From contig JBGSTS010000106.1 in assembly GCA_041736435.1 (NCBI GenBank), forward strand, positions 13,625-77,624: DNA of 64,000 bases, written 5' to 3'. The DNA is from Desulfobacterales bacterium. Its GTDB lineage: Bacteria; Desulfobacterota; Desulfobacteria; Desulfobacterales; SpSt-501. The position numbers and the translations under genes are program-made. The number at the start of each line of letters is the position of its first letter. Within the stretch, counting starts at the first letter, position 1. The notes beneath the pieces are model-generated. The model saw nothing but the letters and a program-made list of their open reading frames with translations. It was not told where the DNA came from and did not search any database. Positions 47,207-56,165 of the stretch are shown here, piece by piece.

Positions 47207-47311
47207 GGGGTCAAGGGGTCGGGTTAAAATGGCCTCCGCGTCCTTTCCTTTTTTCCCTTGACCCCTGGAACCCTTGACTCCTTGAACCCTGTTGCGCCCA
47301 CCATTTTAACC
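47207..47311. repeat. CCCTTGA-motif repeat cluster with two perfect 11-bp complementarities in crossed order
   Basis: GGGGTCAAGGG (47207-17) pairs with CCCTTGACCCC (47256-66). GGTTAAAATGG (47222-32) pairs with CCATTTTAACC (47301-11). Three tandem CCCTTGAC/CCCTTGAC/CCTTGAAC units at 47256-47290. Confidence 0.6.
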
Positions 47312-47403
47312 TCTTCGTCGAAAGGCGAGGGTATTTCTCCCATCTCCGAGGGAGACAAAAAAACGCCTGCGGCGTTCATGAAGCGACGGGAGCTTTTTAT
47401 CGC

Positions 47404-49296
47404 ATGCGCCAGCTGACACTTCCCTGGAAGCTTCCCATCCTTGTGGTGGCGGTGATTGCCGGGGTGTTCCATTACTACTGCGCGGGGTTCGGCTCGCCCG
47501 AACCGCGCACGTTCAGGGGCCTGCACCTGTCCATGCTTCTGCCGTTCGTCTTCCTGCTCTACCCGGCCCGCCGAACATCGCCGAAACAGCGGCCAAGCGT
47601 CCCGGATCTCTTGGCCGCATTGCTGTGCCTGGTCGCCTCGCTCTACACGGTCGTTTTCGCCGACCGCCTGAACCTGCGCTTTATCGGCTTCCATGCGGTG
47701 CGACCGGAAGAGGTGGTTTTGGGAGGGCTGTTGGCGATCGCCGTCATCGAGGCCTGCCGGCGGTCGATCTCCAAGTGGTTTGCTGCGACCGTCGTTATCG
47801 TCCTGGTCTACCTCGCCACCTGCCAGTACTGGCCCGGGTTGTTTCACTACCGGGCCTTCACCCTCGACCGGGCGGTCGAGATTCTCTATCTTCCGAACGA
47901 CGAGGGCATGTTCGGCTTCCTCATGGGGATTTCGGCCGACATTCTCTACATCTACATCCTGTTCGCCGCCGTGCTGATCAAGACCGGGGCCGGGGACTAC
48001 CTGATCGATTTCGCCAGCTGGGCGGCCGGCTGGTCGCGGGGCGGCGCCGCCAAGATCTCCGTGGTCTCGTCGGCCTTTTACGGCACCGTCTCCGGATCGA
48101 GCGTAGCGAATGTTTACGCCACGGGCTCCTTCACCATCCCCATGATGAAGCGCAGCGGCTACACCCCGAAGCAGGCGGCGGCCATCGAGTCGGTTTCCGG
48201 CGTCGGCGGGCAGATCATGCCGCCCATCATGGGGGCTGGCTCCTTCATCATGTCGGAGGTGACCGGCATCCCCTATTTCACCATCATCAAGGTCGCCGTG
48301 ATCCCGGCCGTGCTCTACTACCTGGGCATCTTCTGTATGGTGCACTTCATCGCCCTGAAACGCGGGATCAGGGCGATCGACCCCAGTGATCGGCCGCCGT
48401 TTCGGAAGCTGTTTCGCCGCAGCTATTTTTTTCTGCCCTTTCTGATCGTCGTCAGCCTGCTGGCATACGGGTACTCTCCTTCCAAGGCCGCGTTTCACAC
48501 GATCTGGGTGACCCTGCTTTTGAGTTTTCTCGACCGGGCGACCTGGCTGACCCCCAAAAAGATGCTCGATACCCTGTTCAGCGCCATGGTCAACTGCGCC
48601 ATGATCGCCGCTGTTCTGGCCGGCTCGGGCATGGTGGTGGGGGTTCTGACCCGCACCGGCGTCGCTCTGGCCTTTGGTTCCATCCTCGTCTCGGTCTCGT
48701 TGAACTCGCTTTTGCTGATGCTGATTTTCGTTTTCCTTGTCATCAGCGTCCTGGGGACCGGCATCCCCACTACACCAGCCTACATCATCGCCGTGACCGT
48801 CGGCTCCTATGCCCTGAGCAAGTTTGGGGTTTCACCCTTGGCCGCCCACCTGTTCGTGTTTTACTACGCCGTTCTGGCCGATCTGACGCCGCCGGACGCC
48901 GTGACCTCCTTTGCCGCCGCCAACATTGCCGGCGCCGAACCCATGGCCACCGGCATCGAGGGCTTCAAGGTGGGATTAGCCGGCTTTCTGGTGCCCTTCG
49001 CCTTTGTGTTCCAGCCGGCGCTGCTGCTTCAAGGCAGTTTTGGGGAAATTGCCGTCAGCGTCGCCTTGACGACTATCGGCGTGGTCAGCCTGGCGGCGGG
49101 CGTGATCGGCTATCTGCTTGCCCCCTTGAGCGCGCTGCAACGTGCGCTTCTTCTCTGCGCTTCCGGCCTTCTGGTATTTTCCGCTCAAACCGTTGAGATT
49201 GTAGGGTTGATTATCGTGATCGGGGTTTCTGCCTGGTCATTTTTCGATCGCCGGGCGGCGGGGCTGCGCCGGGTCACTGCCGATCCGCAAACCTGA
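47404..49296 (+). CDS. TRAP transporter fused permease (TAXI-type)
   Basis: 630 aa, polytopic, immediately downstream of the TAXI receptor gene. Confidence 0.88.
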   Translation: MRQLTLPWKLPILVVAVIAGVFHYYCAGFGSPEPRTFRGLHLSMLLPFVFLLYPARRTSPKQRPSVPDLLAALLCLVASLYTVVFADRLNLRFIGFHAVRPEEVVLGGLLAIAVIEACRRSISKWFAATVVIVLVYLATCQYWPGLFHYRAFTLDRAVEILYLPNDEGMFGFLMGISADILYIYILFAAVLIKTGAGDYLIDFASWAAGWSRGGAAKISVVSSAFYGTVSGSSVANVYATGSFTIPMMKRSGYTPKQAAAIESVSGVGGQIMPPIMGAGSFIMSEVTGIPYFTIIKVAVIPAVLYYLGIFCMVHFIALKRGIRAIDPSDRPPFRKLFRRSYFFLPFLIVVSLLAYGYSPSKAAFHTIWVTLLLSFLDRATWLTPKKMLDTLFSAMVNCAMIAAVLAGSGMVVGVLTRTGVALAFGSILVSVSLNSLLLMLIFVFLVISVLGTGIPTTPAYIIAVTVGSYALSKFGVSPLAAHLFVFYYAVLADLTPPDAVTSFAAANIAGAEPMATGIEGFKVGLAGFLVPFAFVFQPALLLQGSFGEIAVSVALTTIGVVSLAAGVIGYLLAPLSALQRALLLCASGLLVFSAQTVEIVGLIIVIGVSAWSFFDRRAAGLRRVTADPQT

Positions 49297-49313
49297 CAGA
49301 GGTGTTCCTTTTC

Positions 49314-50474
49314 ATGGGGTCCGAAACGGCAGATGCCGTCATCATTGGCGCCGGCGTCATCGGCGCATCCATCGCGTTTCATCTCGCGCGCTTGGGGATC
49401 AAACCGCTGGTCACCGAGAAGAACGACCCGGCCGCCGGCAGTTCGGGGGCCTGCGACGGGCTGGTGTTTCTGCAGTCGAAGAAACCCGGCCTCCATCTAA
49501 AGCTCGCCCTGGAAAGCCGCCAGCGCTTCGACGGCCTAGTCGATCCCCTTGGGAAAAGCATCGAATTCAAAAACCCGGGCGGCATGTGCCTCATCGAAAG
49601 CGATGCGGAACTCGCCGCCATGCAGCTTTTTTTGGCGGAGCAGCGCGCCTCCGGCCTCGATGTCGAGCTGCTCGACGGCGATGAGGCCCGGCGCCGCGAG
49701 CCGTGCCTTTCGAGAAAAGTGATCGCGGCGACGTTTTCGGCACTGGACTCCCAGGTCAACCCGTATGCGCTCACCTTCGCTTTTTTGCGCGCGGCGGAAT
49801 CTGCGGGGGCGCGGATTCTGACAGGGGTGGAGGTCAAGGGGATCGAGGTGGTTGCGGGTAAAGCCACAGGGGTCCTCACGTGTGCCGGCCGAGTCAGCGC
49901 ACCTTTCGTCGTCAATGCAGCGGGGGCGCTAGCGGCTGAGGTGGGGCGCCTGGCCGGCCTTAACATTCCGATCACGCCGCGCCGCGGGCAGATCCTGGTT
50001 ACCGCGGCGGTTCCGCCGTTGCTGCGGCACTGCCTGATTTCCGCCCAGTACGTGGCGGCCAAGTTCAACCCAGACCTGGCGGCTCAGGGAGGCATGGGTT
50101 TTTCCGTCGAGCAGAGCGACAGCGGCAATATCCTGATCGGTTCCACCCGCGAGTTCGTGGGTTTCGACCGGCGCACCACTTTCGACGGCGTCCGTACGAT
50201 CGCAAGCCGCATCGCTCCGGTGATTCCAGCCCTCGCGCGCGTGCCGGTGATCCGCACCTTCGGGGGGCTGCGACCCTACACGCCGGACGGCTTGCCGATT
50301 CTGGGGAAGGTCGCCGGGTTGGAGGGGTTCATCATGGCGGCCGGCCACGAAGGCGACGGCATCGCGCTTTCCGCCATCACCGGCGAGCTCATTGCCGACC
50401 TGATTGCCACGGGCCGAACGCAATTCCCGCTGGACGCCTTCCGCCTGGAGCGGTTCCGGGAGGGTGCGGCATGA
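49314..50474 (+). CDS. FAD-dependent oxidoreductase (sarcosine-oxidase-beta / HcnC / opine-oxidase-B-like)
   Basis: DAVIIGAGVIGASIAFHLAR dinucleotide fold. DAO-family body. Start is ATG 49314 or GTG 49302. Confidence 0.85.
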   Translation: MGSETADAVIIGAGVIGASIAFHLARLGIKPLVTEKNDPAAGSSGACDGLVFLQSKKPGLHLKLALESRQRFDGLVDPLGKSIEFKNPGGMCLIESDAELAAMQLFLAEQRASGLDVELLDGDEARRREPCLSRKVIAATFSALDSQVNPYALTFAFLRAAESAGARILTGVEVKGIEVVAGKATGVLTCAGRVSAPFVVNAAGALAAEVGRLAGLNIPITPRRGQILVTAAVPPLLRHCLISAQYVAAKFNPDLAAQGGMGFSVEQSDSGNILIGSTREFVGFDRRTTFDGVRTIASRIAPVIPALARVPVIRTFGGLRPYTPDGLPILGKVAGLEGFIMAAGHEGDGIALSAITGELIADLIATGRTQFPLDAFRLERFREGAA

Positions 50475-50761
50475 GTGGAATACGAATCAATACCCACCGC
50501 CGAGGAAAGCGGCTGACGCTGCGGGTAGACGGAAAGCCGGTCACGGCTTACGCCGGGGAAACACTTTTCGCCGTGCTGCTTGCGGAGGGCATCCGGGCCC
50601 TTCGGCACCCGTCTGAGGGCTCAACAGAAACCGCCAGAGGCGGCTTCTGCGGGATGGGGGTCTGCCAGGAGTGCCGCGTAACCATCGACGGGATGCCCGA
50701 CCGCCGCGCCTGCATGACCGAGGTCCGCGAAGGCATGGAGGTCCTCACCGATGGACGATAG
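50471..50761 (+). CDS. (2Fe-2S)-binding subunit (HcnA-like)
   Basis: 96 aa. GGFCGMGVCQEC.V.IDG....AC. Confidence 0.8.
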   Translation: MSGIRINTHRRGKRLTLRVDGKPVTAYAGETLFAVLLAEGIRALRHPSEGSTETARGGFCGMGVCQECRVTIDGMPDRRACMTEVREGMEVLTDGR

Positions 50762-52157
50762 GAAGGTGGATGTCGCCATCGTCGGCGGAGGACTCGCCGG
50801 TGCCGCCGCGGCCGAGCTGCTGGGCCGCCACGGGATCGGGGTATTGATATTGGACGACAATCTGCACCCGGGAGGGCAGTACCTGCGCGGGGGCCGCGGG
50901 GCCGGGGTCGGCTGGACGGACGTGGTAAGGCGGCGCGGCTTAAAGATGCTCGACCGCTTGCCCCGGGAAGCAGTTGAGGTAAAAAACCGCGTTGAAGTCC
51001 TCGGCATCGAACCGGGCTTCGAGTTGCTGGTGGCGGATGGAGACGGCGACATCTTCACGGTCGAGGCGAAGCACGTTCTGCTTGCCACTGGGGCCCGGGA
51101 GCGGTTTCTCCCATTCAACGGATGGACGCTGCCGGGTGTGCTGGCCACCGGTGCGGTCCAGGTGCTCATCAAGCAGTCCGGGATCCTGCCGGCGCGAAAC
51201 ACGCTTGTGGCCGGCGCCGGTCTGTTTCTGACCACCGTGGCCGGCGACATACTAAAGAGCGGGGGGCGGGTGACGGCCGTTCTGGACGAGGCCCCGCTTC
51301 GCCGACGGATTCCGCCGCTGTTCCCTCTCGCCGGTCAGCTCCTCAAGTTCGCGCAGGGCGGAATGCTGCTGGCCAGGCTTCTTTCCGCCGGAACCCGTGT
51401 GCGTCATAACACCCGTATCATCGAGGCCAGGGGAGAGGGGCGGGTGCGCGAGGTGACGGCGGCTCGCGTCGACCACCGGGGTGCCGTGGTTTCCGGCAGC
51501 GAGGCCGTTTTCCCCGTCTCGTGTCTAGCGGTGGGCTTCGGCTTCACCGCCAACACCGAGCTGGCCCAGCTGGCAGGATGCCGCATGTCCTTCGACGCCG
51601 CCCTGGGCGGGTGGGTGGTGCAGGTGGACGAGGGGTTCGAAACCAGCGTCGCCGGAATTTATGCCGCCGGCGAAATCACGGCCATAGGCGGCGCCGCCAA
51701 GTCTCTGATCGAGGGGAGGCTGGCCGGGCTCTCGATTCTGCGGCGGATGGACGGGCGGCGCCCCGGCAGTCCGGTGCCGGAGGCGGCCGCGCTGTTGAGG
51801 ACACGACGGCGGCAGCTGGTTTTTGCGCGCTACTTCAACGCCCAGCACACCTGCGAGCCGGATTGGATGCGCCGGTGGATATCCGGTTTAAGCGATGAGC
51901 TTATCATCTGTCGCTGCGAGGATGTACGCCTGGGCGATGTGAGGCGAGCGGTTGCTGCGGGCTTCGATTCCCCGGCCGGGCTCAAAAAGGCCACGCGCTG
52001 CGGCATGGGCATCTGCCAGGGCAGCACCTGCAAGACCATTCTCCTGGATGTGCTGGCGGCCTTGACCGGACAACCGCTCGCCCGCCTTCCGCTTCCATCC
52101 GTGCGCATGCCGATCAAGCCGGTCACCCTGGGGGAACTCGCTGGGGGCGGGCTTTAG
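50751..52157 (+). CDS. NAD(P)/FAD-dependent oxidoreductase subunit (HcnB / opine-oxidase-A-like) with BFD-type [2Fe-2S] segment
   Basis: VAIVGGGLAGAAAA, YAAGEITAIGG, ICRCEDV...RCGMGICQG. Confidence 0.82.
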   Translation: MDDRKVDVAIVGGGLAGAAAAELLGRHGIGVLILDDNLHPGGQYLRGGRGAGVGWTDVVRRRGLKMLDRLPREAVEVKNRVEVLGIEPGFELLVADGDGDIFTVEAKHVLLATGARERFLPFNGWTLPGVLATGAVQVLIKQSGILPARNTLVAGAGLFLTTVAGDILKSGGRVTAVLDEAPLRRRIPPLFPLAGQLLKFAQGGMLLARLLSAGTRVRHNTRIIEARGEGRVREVTAARVDHRGAVVSGSEAVFPVSCLAVGFGFTANTELAQLAGCRMSFDAALGGWVVQVDEGFETSVAGIYAAGEITAIGGAAKSLIEGRLAGLSILRRMDGRRPGSPVPEAAALLRTRRRQLVFARYFNAQHTCEPDWMRRWISGLSDELIICRCEDVRLGDVRRAVAAGFDSPAGLKKATRCGMGICQGSTCKTILLDVLAALTGQPLARLPLPSVRMPIKPVTLGELAGGGL

Positions 52158-52159
52158 CC

Positions 52160-53050
52160 ATGGACCTGTTGCCATCGCAGGCCCCCCGCCGCAATCGACC
52201 CGTGGCGGGAGGACTCCTGGTGCTCATCTCGGCGCTGCTGTTCTCGGGGGTCGGGGCGCTGGTCAAGGCAGCATCGGCCGAACTCCCATCGGAGGTGGTC
52301 GTTTTTTTCCGCAATGCCGTGTCGATGGCGTTCCTGCTGCCCTGGATTCTAATCCGACAACGCAACCTCAGCTTAAAGACCAGCTGCCTGCACCTGCACC
52401 TGCTGCGATCAGCGGCCGGCCTGTCCGCCATGTATTGCTTTTTCATCGCCTTGAAGCTTTTGCGGCTGGCCGACGCCATGCTGCTCTGCTACACCTTGCC
52501 GATCTTCGTCCCTATCATCGAGCGGTTCTGGTTGAAGGAGCCGGTCAGCCGTCAGACCCAGATCGCCGTCGCAGTGGGTTTCGTCGGAATCGCCCTGGTT
52601 CTCAAGCCGGGATTCGGAGTGTTCCAGGTTGCCGGACTGGTGGGCTTGGCGAGCGGCCTGCTCTCGGCCCTTGCCATCGTCGGCATCCGCCGCATGACCG
52701 TCACGGAGCCGGTGGTGCGCATCGTTTTCTACTTCACGCTGTTCGGCACTCTCGTTTCCTCCTTTCCCCTCGCATGGGCCTGGGAAAATCCGGACGGCCG
52801 CCTGCTGGGGGTGCTCGGGCTGCTGGGGGTGCTGGCGATCATGGCCCAGATGTGCCTGACCAAGGGGTACAGTCTGGCGCCGGCCGGCCAGGTGGGCCCG
52901 TTCAGCTACGGCACGGTGGTGTTCGCGGCCCTGCTGGGTTGGCTCTTCTGGGGAGAGACCCTGGACGCCTTGACCCTGGTGGGCGCCGTCCTTACCTGTT
53001 CGGCAGGAATCATCGCCACCTATCACAGCGACCGGCATCCCCCACCGTAG
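52160..53050 (+). CDS. DMT-superfamily (EamA) transporter
   Basis: 296 aa with 10 TM segments and two EamA-like halves. Confidence 0.8.
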   Translation: MDLLPSQAPRRNRPVAGGLLVLISALLFSGVGALVKAASAELPSEVVVFFRNAVSMAFLLPWILIRQRNLSLKTSCLHLHLLRSAAGLSAMYCFFIALKLLRLADAMLLCYTLPIFVPIIERFWLKEPVSRQTQIAVAVGFVGIALVLKPGFGVFQVAGLVGLASGLLSALAIVGIRRMTVTEPVVRIVFYFTLFGTLVSSFPLAWAWENPDGRLLGVLGLLGVLAIMAQMCLTKGYSLAPAGQVGPFSYGTVVFAALLGWLFWGETLDALTLVGAVLTCSAGIIATYHSDRHPPP

Positions 53051-53068
53051 ATTGGAGGTCAAGACGTC

Positions 53069-53428
53069 ATGAAATGCGCGCGCTGCGACAATCTTGTTCC
53101 TCCCGGCCAGGAGCGAGAGCACCTGGGGCAGACTCTTTGCGAGGACTGTTACATGGACGTGCTGTCGCCGGCCAAGACCTGCGACCCTTGGGCGGTGCAC
53201 AGCGCCAAAACATTGGGGAAAGAGACGGGCGGCAAGTTCGACCTGACCGAGCCGCAGCGAAAGATACTGGAGATATTGAATGAGACCGGCGGCGTCCCGC
53301 CCGAGCACTTGGTGGAGCGTCTGAAAATTCCCCCCATGGACCTCGAGCGCGAGATCGCCGCCCTGCGGCACATGGAAAAGGTCCGTGGCGAACTCCGGGA
53401 GGGGAAAAAATACATTCGGTTGTGGTAG
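53069..53428 (+). CDS. Zinc-ribbon plus winged-helix small protein, unknown function
   Basis: CARCDN...CEDCY N-terminus. The C-terminal LTEPQRKILEILNETGGVPPEHLVERL looks like a wHTH. Confidence 0.5.
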   Translation: MKCARCDNLVPPGQEREHLGQTLCEDCYMDVLSPAKTCDPWAVHSAKTLGKETGGKFDLTEPQRKILEILNETGGVPPEHLVERLKIPPMDLEREIAALRHMEKVRGELREGKKYIRLW

Positions 53429-53434
53429 GAACCG

Positions 53435-54292
53435 TCATTTGTGTTTGATGAAGGTTCCGTTGCGGTATTCGTCGAAGGCGGTCTTCAGCTCCTCCTGGGT
53501 GTTCATCACGATGGGGCCGCGCCAGGCGATAGGCTCCTCAATGGGTTTGCCCGAGATCAACAAGAACCGGACGGACTCGGCCCCTGTCGCTACAGCCACC
53601 TTTTCGCCATCCGAGAAGAAGATCAGGTTCTCGCTCGTCACGGGTGTTGCGCCAGGCCCCTCGAATCTGCCGTTGCCTTCGAAAACATAGGCAAACGCCT
53701 TGTCCCCACGACTCAAGGGGTGAACGAACTCCGATTCACGCGGGATGAAGATGTCGAGGAACTGCGGATCGATGACAACGTCCTGCACGGGGCCTCTCTT
53801 CCCTCTGACCTTGCCGCAAATGACCCGGATCTCCACCCCGTTCTCCAGACGGACCAGCGGGATGTCCTCTTTCTTGACCTCTCGGTAGCGCGGGTCCATC
53901 ATCTTATGCGCCGCGGGAAGGTTGGCCCAGAGCTGGAAACCCCCCATCCGGCCGTCGGAATCGCCCCGCGGCATCTCCTGATGGATGATGCCGCTGCCCG
54001 CAGTCATCCACTGGACCTCTCCGGGGCGGATCACCCCCTTGTTCCCCAGGCTGTCGCCGTGCTCCACCTCGCCGTGCAGCATGTAGGTGATGGTCTCGAT
54101 GCCGCGGTGCGGGTGCCAGGGAAAGCCCTTGATGTATTGGTCGGGTTTGTCCCCGCGGAAGTCGTCAAGCATCAGGAAGGGGTCGAACAGCGGCAGTTCG
54201 CTGAAACCGAAGGCCCGCCGCAGGTGGACCCCGGCGCCCTCGATGGCGGGTTGACTCTCAAGGACTTTTTTCACACGCCTTGTATCGGTCAT
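53435..54292 (-). CDS. Pirin-family protein
   Basis: GFPWHPHRGIETITYMLHGEVEHGDS (cupin metal site). Bicupin length. Confidence 0.9.
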   Translation of the reverse strand: MTDTRRVKKVLESQPAIEGAGVHLRRAFGFSELPLFDPFLMLDDFRGDKPDQYIKGFPWHPHRGIETITYMLHGEVEHGDSLGNKGVIRPGEVQWMTAGSGIIHQEMPRGDSDGRMGGFQLWANLPAAHKMMDPRYREVKKEDIPLVRLENGVEIRVICGKVRGKRGPVQDVVIDPQFLDIFIPRESEFVHPLSRGDKAFAYVFEGNGRFEGPGATPVTSENLIFFSDGEKVAVATGAESVRFLLISGKPIEEPIAWRGPIVMNTQEELKTAFDEYRNGTFIKHK

Positions 54293-54304
54293 CGGGGTTC
54301 TCCT

Positions 54305-54964
54305 TCACATGGAATTGAGCCTTTCCATCAAATAGCTGAACCGATTCTGAGTATAATAGGTCCGTGTGCGGCTGTCCACGATGGACCCCAGTTTGACTTT
54401 GAAATCTTTTTCTTTGAACCCAGCCGCTTTTTCTCGAAGATCAGTAACTATTTGGATTGAGAGCTCCGGCAGGGCGGTCCCCCGCCGAAGCATGAATTCG
54501 ATGTCGAAACAGTCTCTGACTTCGCCCCGGTCGAGAAGCGCTTCGATTTTGTTTTTCATTGTTTGCTCGAGGGTGTGGGCCTGAAGAAGAACCTGCGTTG
54601 TGCTGAAACGTGAAAAGGCGATCTTGGCCTGAAAATCACAATCTTTTTCTTCTCTTCTGATTTCGATTTTAAGCCGTTTCGGATAGTGGCCGGTCCGAAC
54701 CTCGACGAGCAGCGTGAAATGTTTGATTTGCGCATCGGTGATCTCATAGTTCTGATCGAGGGTTTTCAGAAGCCTGTTGAAAAAAGCCTGTTGCGGGACC
54801 TTTCGGATAAACCAGAAATCGAGGTCGACGGAATAGCGGTTGAGTTCGTGGCAGAGGCGCAGCATCGTGCCGCCACCAAAAACCAAGGGGCCAAGCAGTT
54901 TGGCGCTGCTCAGCTGGTCGAGCACTTCGATTTCGAAAACTTCATGGCGACCCAAGATATCCAT
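54305..54964 (-). CDS. abiEii: AbiEii/AbiGii-family nucleotidyltransferase toxin (type IV TA)
   Basis: LVFGGGTMLRLCHELNRYSVDLDFWF NTase motif. 23-nt overlap with the upstream antitoxin. Lower GC than its surroundings. Confidence 0.85.
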   Translation of the reverse strand: MDILGRHEVFEIEVLDQLSSAKLLGPLVFGGGTMLRLCHELNRYSVDLDFWFIRKVPQQAFFNRLLKTLDQNYEITDAQIKHFTLLVEVRTGHYPKRLKIEIRREEKDCDFQAKIAFSRFSTTQVLLQAHTLEQTMKNKIEALLDRGEVRDCFDIEFMLRRGTALPELSIQIVTDLREKAAGFKEKDFKVKLGSIVDSRTRTYYTQNRFSYLMERLNSM

Positions 54965-55535
54965 GTTTTTCGAGCAGTTTCCTTGTCTTGAGCGGGTAGC
55001 TGCGGCTAAGGCGAGCCACCTCTTTGCGGTTAAGCTTCGTCTCGTCGATGGAGGTAAGGTCTAACGCATAGCGGCCGAAAGACATCAGGTAGGCGGCATC
55101 GACAAATGCCTTTTCCGGGGTTGCGATAAAAACCCCTTGCTGCCGGATGAATCCGGCAAAGAGAGTGCCTCGAATTTTGGTGTATCGGAATATGCAGCCA
55201 TTCAACGACAATTCCTTTGTGCGTTTGATGGCCACCGACTCGATGAGCTCCCGCTGAACCTGAGTGGTGATCTCGTGATAGTCAAGGGCCGTCATCAGCG
55301 ATATGTAAGAGGGGCTTTGTCCCAGGTTGGCCAGTGTGAACCGTTCTTCCCGGCTTGCCGCCCGCCAACGTTCCTTCAGCACATAGATATTGGGCTTCAA
55401 CCGCAACAGGAGCCCGCGATGAACGTAGCGGCTTGCGCTCACTTTGGCCGAGTCAGGGCTGATCCTTAAAGCTCTGGCAATGTCCCGGTAGCTGAAATAT
55501 AGTCGTCGTATCGAATTGAGGTCGGTGATTTTCAT
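54942..55535 (-). CDS. abiEi: AbiEi-family antitoxin/transcriptional regulator
   Basis: N-terminal wHTH-like FSYRDIARALRISPDSAKVSASRYVHRGLLLRLKPNIYVL. Paired with abiEii. Confidence 0.8.
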   Translation of the reverse strand: MKITDLNSIRRLYFSYRDIARALRISPDSAKVSASRYVHRGLLLRLKPNIYVLKERWRAASREERFTLANLGQSPSYISLMTALDYHEITTQVQRELIESVAIKRTKELSLNGCIFRYTKIRGTLFAGFIRQQGVFIATPEKAFVDAAYLMSFGRYALDLTSIDETKLNRKEVARLSRSYPLKTRKLLEKHGYLGSP

Positions 55536-55710
55536 CAGGGATACCTGATAAACACTATTGTTAATTTAATATATTCTACAATACTTGGGGTGTCAAGTCG
55601 TCGCAGGCGCAGCGGGCTTTCGCGGCATGGCATGAACGGTGATGGTGAGGGTGTTTTCTTCAGGTCATCCTTACGAATCGACTCAAAACATAAAAAGTGA
55701 CGGATGCCTT

Positions 55711-56136
55711 ATGCTTTCATGCAGCGAAATAGAGGATGCCTTGTGCAAATGGTTCAATGCCTGGGCCGAGTATGACCTCGATGGGGTGATGGAGCTGTTC
55801 CACGAGGATGTCCTCTTCGAAAACTGGACCGGCGCAAAGGCGGAAGGCAGGGAGAACCTTCGCCGGGCGTGGTCGGAGTGGTTTGCCTGCCCCGGCGGGT
55901 TCCGCTTCATCGCGGAGGAGACCTTCGTCGACGAATCCCGGCAGAGGGTCCTCTACCGCTGGCAGCTGGAATGGCCATCAGTCGAGAAAGGCTTTGAGGG
56001 CAAACCCGAAAAACGCCGAGGGGTCGATGTGATGCATTTCGCGGACGGTAAGATCATCCGAAAGCTGACCTATTCGAAGACGACCCTGGAGATAGACGGG
56101 CAGATAGTCTGCCTTCGGCCGGAGCGTTTGAAGTGA
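55711..56136 (+). CDS. SnoaL/NTF2-like fold protein
   Basis: IEDALCKWFNAWAEYDLDGVMELFHEDVLFENW. Confidence 0.65.
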   Translation: MLSCSEIEDALCKWFNAWAEYDLDGVMELFHEDVLFENWTGAKAEGRENLRRAWSEWFACPGGFRFIAEETFVDESRQRVLYRWQLEWPSVEKGFEGKPEKRRGVDVMHFADGKIIRKLTYSKTTLEIDGQIVCLRPERLK

Positions 56137-56165
56137 CCGCTGTGACGTTTCGGTTGCATATCATT

